From: an uncultured Acidimicrobiaceae bacterium
Lineage (GTDB): Bacteria; Actinomycetota; Acidimicrobiia; Acidimicrobiales; RAAP-2
Length of the DNA stretch: 64,000 nucleotides
NCBI GenBank assembly: GCA_963766995.1
Contig: CAVYCE010000001.1
Location: forward strand, 232,571-296,570
Direction of reading: 5' to 3'
Shown here: piece by piece, positions 61,582 to 64,000 of the stretch
Layout: the number at the start of each line of letters is the position of its first letter
Position numbering within the stretch: the first letter of the stretch is position 1
Translations under genes and position numbers: made by a program
Notes under the pieces: model-generated
Databases searched by the model: none
What the model was told of the DNA's origin: nothing
The model's input: only the letters and a program-made list of their open reading frames with translations

Positions 61582-62635
61582 GACTCCCTAGGCGGTCGCC
61601 CAACCGCTCGCCCACCACATGGGCCGCAGCCAAGGCGCGTGGATAGTCCATACGAGTGGGACCGAGGAGCCCCACGGCACCGAGCTCTTGCCCATCGATG
61701 GACACCGGTGCCACCACGACGGCGCACGATGCCAAGGGCTCGTACCCGTGCTCAGTACCAATGGCCACCGACAGGCCGCGGTTGAGTACGTCGCGCAGGA
61801 GGGTCACCACCACGAGCTGCTGCTCCAAAATGCTCAGCACCGACCGCACCGTCTCTACCGCGTCGAATGACTCGGCCAGGCGTGCTGGTCCACCCACGAA
61901 GACCTGATCGGCCTCCATCGAATTCTCAATCTCATTGATGGCGGTGCCCGCGGCCGCCACTACCCGGTCGACGTCGGTGTGGCCACTGGGCGGCACCGAT
62001 AGGCCGGCCGTCAGCTGGCGCCCGATGAGGTGGGCACTGAGCTGGGCTCCCGCCCGGGCCAGGCAGTCGTCACTGCACTCAACTCCGAGCTCAATGGTGC
62101 GCTTCTCTACGGCCCCGTCTGAGAGCACCACGACCAGCAGTGCGTGCATGGCGTTGAGCCCCACCACCTGCACCGAACGGATGTTGGCCGTCTCGTGCGA
62201 CGGACCGACCACCACGGCTGCATAGGAGGTGAGCTCGCTGAGCAGCCCCGTGGCTGCCTCCAGCATGACTTCCATTTCGCCATGGACCTGGTCAAAAAAG
62301 TGACTGACCTTCTGATGCTGCACCGGACCGAGCACGCCGGGTTCGGTCAGGTGATCGACAAAGAAGCGGTAGCCCTTATCGGTGGGAATGCGGCCCGCAC
62401 TCGTGTGGGGCTGCACCAAGTAGCCCTCCTGCTCTAAGGCGGACATTTCGGAGCGAACGGTGGCCGACGACACTTTCACCCCTGGCGCATTGGCCACGTG
62501 GGACGAGCCAACAGGCTCGGCCGAGCCGATGTACTCGGTGACCACTGCCTCTAGAATGGCGGCTCGCCTGGCGTTCAGGACGCGGTCGTCCAGACCGGTA
62601 TGGGGGGCGGGAGATGGATCGGCGCGGTCGGTCAT
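61565..62635 (-). CDS. hrcA: heat-inducible transcriptional repressor HrcA
   Basis: ORF-track 61565..62689 trimmed to ATG 62635 so that the CIRCE element is upstream rather than inside the gene. The N-terminal wHTH is RRAAILEAVVTEYIGSAEPVGSS. Confidence 0.9.
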   Translation of the reverse strand: MTDRADPSPAPHTGLDDRVLNARRAAILEAVVTEYIGSAEPVGSSHVANAPGVKVSSATVRSEMSALEQEGYLVQPHTSAGRIPTDKGYRFFVDHLTEPGVLGPVQHQKVSHFFDQVHGEMEVMLEAATGLLSELTSYAAVVVGPSHETANIRSVQVVGLNAMHALLVVVLSDGAVEKRTIELGVECSDDCLARAGAQLSAHLIGRQLTAGLSVPPSGHTDVDRVVAAAGTAINEIENSMEADQVFVGGPARLAESFDAVETVRSVLSILEQQLVVVTLLRDVLNRGLSVAIGTEHGYEPLASCAVVVAPVSIDGQELGAVGLLGPTRMDYPRALAAAHVVGERLGDRLGSHDGRG

Positions 62636-62641
62636 GGCCCT

Positions 62642-62668
62642 CTGGCACTCAAGTCTACTGAGTGCCAG
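62642..62668 (-). promoter_or_regulatory. CIRCE-type HrcA operator
   Basis: Perfect inverted repeat CTGGCACTC-N9-GAGTGCCAG (consensus TTAGCACTC-N9-GAGTGCTAA), ending 6 nt upstream of the hrcA ATG. Confidence 0.8.
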
Positions 62669-62706
62669 CCCTCGTTCCTCAGGCAGCAATCGGAAGAGGA
62701 GCTCGG

Positions 62707-64000
62707 TCAGTCGTCGCCGAGGCGTAGGGCGGAGATGAAGGCCTCCTGGGGAACTTCCACCCGCCCGATGTTCTTCATGCGTTTCTTGCCCTCTTTTTGC
62801 TTCTCAAGCAGCTTGCGCTTACGGGTGATGTCGCCGCCGTAGCACTTGGCCAGCACGTCCTTGCGCTTGGCCTTCACTGTTTCCCGGGCCACGATGCGGC
62901 CCCCAATGGCGGCCTGAATGGGCACGTCGAAGAGCTGGCGGGGAATGAGCTCGCGCAGCTTCTCGGCCATGCGACGCCCGTATGAATCGGCTGAGTTGCG
63001 GTGCACAATGGTCGAGAAGGCGTCGCACGGAGCGTGGTTGATCAGGATGTCAACCCGAACCAGATTGGCGGTGGCGTAGTCCTGGGGCTCGTAGTCAAGG
63101 CTGGCATAGCCCTTGGTGCGGCTCTTGAGCTGATCGAAGAAGTCGAGCACCACTTCAGCCAGGGGGATGGTGTAGACGAGCTCCACCCGCTCGGGTGAGA
63201 GGTACTCCATTCGGGTCATTTCGGCCCGCTTTTGCTGGCACAACTCCATCACGGTCCCGGTGTACTCCGATGGGGTGAGGATGGTCGCGGTCAGCATGGG
63301 CTCGTCTATGTGGTCGATACGGCTGGCGTCGGGCAGCTCGGTGGGGTTGTCCACGTCAAGCTGACTGCCGTCGGTGAGGAAGGCCCGGTAGGCCACGCTG
63401 GGTGCGGTGGCGATGAGCGAGAGGTCGAACTCGCGCTCGAGGCGTTCACGCACAATCTCCATGTGGAGCAAACCGAGGAAGCCGCAGCGGAATCCGATAC
63501 CCAGGGCATGGGAGGACTCGGGCTCGAAGGTGAAGCTGGCGTCGTTGAGCTTGAGCTTCTCCAGGGCGTCGCGCAGATCCGGCAGCTCATCGCCGTCCAC
63601 CGGATAGAGACCGCAGAACACCATGGACTTGGGGTCGAGGTAGCCGGCCAGGGCCTCGGTGGCACCGTGGGTCGAGGTGGTCACCGTTTCACCTGAGCGG
63701 GCCTCTCCCACGTCCTTGATCCCGGCGATGAGGTAGCCCACCTCTCCGGGTCCAAGTGCATCCACCGGCACACCGACCGGGGTGCGGACCCCGACCTCTT
63801 CAATGTCGTGCACGGCGTTGGCCTGCATGAAGCGCAGGCGGGCACCCGAGTGCAACGTGCCGTCCACAATCCGGATGGAGCTGACCACCCCGCGGTACTG
63901 GTCGTAGGAGGAGTCGAAGATCAGGGCTCGGAGCGGTTCGGCCGGATCGCCCGTGGGGGCTGGAATGCGGTCGATGATGGCCTGGAGGAGGAGGTCGACT
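62707..64000 (-). CDS. lepA: translation elongation factor 4 (LepA), N-terminus beyond the right edge
   Basis: The frame is open to the window end (..[47 protein letters not shown]..). The C-terminal LepA_C motif is [47 protein letters not shown]. Confidence 0.93.
   Translation of the reverse strand, partial: VDLLLQAIIDRIPAPTGDPAEPLRALIFDSSYDQYRGVVSSIRIVDGTLHSGARLRFMQANAVHDIEEVGVRTPVGVPVDALGPGEVGYLIAGIKDVGEARSGETVTTSTHGATEALAGYLDPKSMVFCGLYPVDGDELPDLRDALEKLKLNDASFTFEPESSHALGIGFRCGFLGLLHMEIVRERLEREFDLSLIATAPSVAYRAFLTDGSQLDVDNPTELPDASRIDHIDEPMLTATILTPSEYTGTVMELCQQKRAEMTRMEYLSPERVELVYTIPLAEVVLDFFDQLKSRTKGYASLDYEPQDYATANLVRVDILINHAPCDAFSTIVHRNSADSYGRRMAEKLRELIPRQLFDVPIQAAIGGRIVARETVKAKRKDVLAKCYGGDITRKRKLLEKQKEGKKRMKNIGRVEVPQEAFISALRLGDD

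Overview
This is a 64-kb, high-GC, densely coding chromosomal segment with about 70 CDS and 2 tRNAs, and it reads as actinobacterial core genome. Support for that: an F420-type LLM oxidoreductase, DinB/DUF664, a PimB-like GT4, DUF3039, and the Mycobacterium-like gene order hrcA-dnaJ-rsmE-...-phoH-ybeY-CBS/DUF21-era-...-recO-uppS. The GYW..DGGVF..GDA propeller repeats make me suspect an Acidimicrobiia-like lineage, but that is inference only.

Landmarks, left to right:
- partial SDR
- TetR + MpaB-like gene
- DinB + PrmC-like methyltransferase
- class II RNR nrdJ with two NrdR boxes
- glpK
- SDR / QueA-like / HTH operon
- plsC
- aminotransferase
- LLM - ROK glucokinase - SRPBCC - GT4 string
- Cys-rich small-gene cluster
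- tRNA-Met
- lon
- a short accessory-looking patch (about 28.3-33.4 kb) ending at tRNA-Asn
- rpoD-dnaG-ppdK
- MarR + DrrAB-like ABC exporter
- glyQS-hemW-recO-uppS
- dinG-like helicase
- purU
- the era...hrcA operon with a CIRCE element
- partial lepA

I found no rRNA, CRISPR, IS/transposase, integrase, prophage or recognisable defence or toxin-antitoxin module. I therefore cannot point to a convincing new multi-gene system.

The most unusual items are:
1. A membrane-anchored G1 (eqolisin-type) glutamic peptidase fused to an Ig-like module and a six-repeat propeller. It sits next to a translationally coupled pair of tiny membrane / zinc-ribbon genes.
2. uppS is broken by two compensating 1-nt frame changes, and there is a possible third frame conflict at the 5' end of the peptidase gene. 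These may be assembly indels.
3. A divergent QueA-like gene is embedded in an SDR-QueA-HTH operon.

Start codons were adjusted by hand where the ORF-track maxima overlap neighbouring genes. All functional calls come from motif-level reading of the translations, not from database searches.
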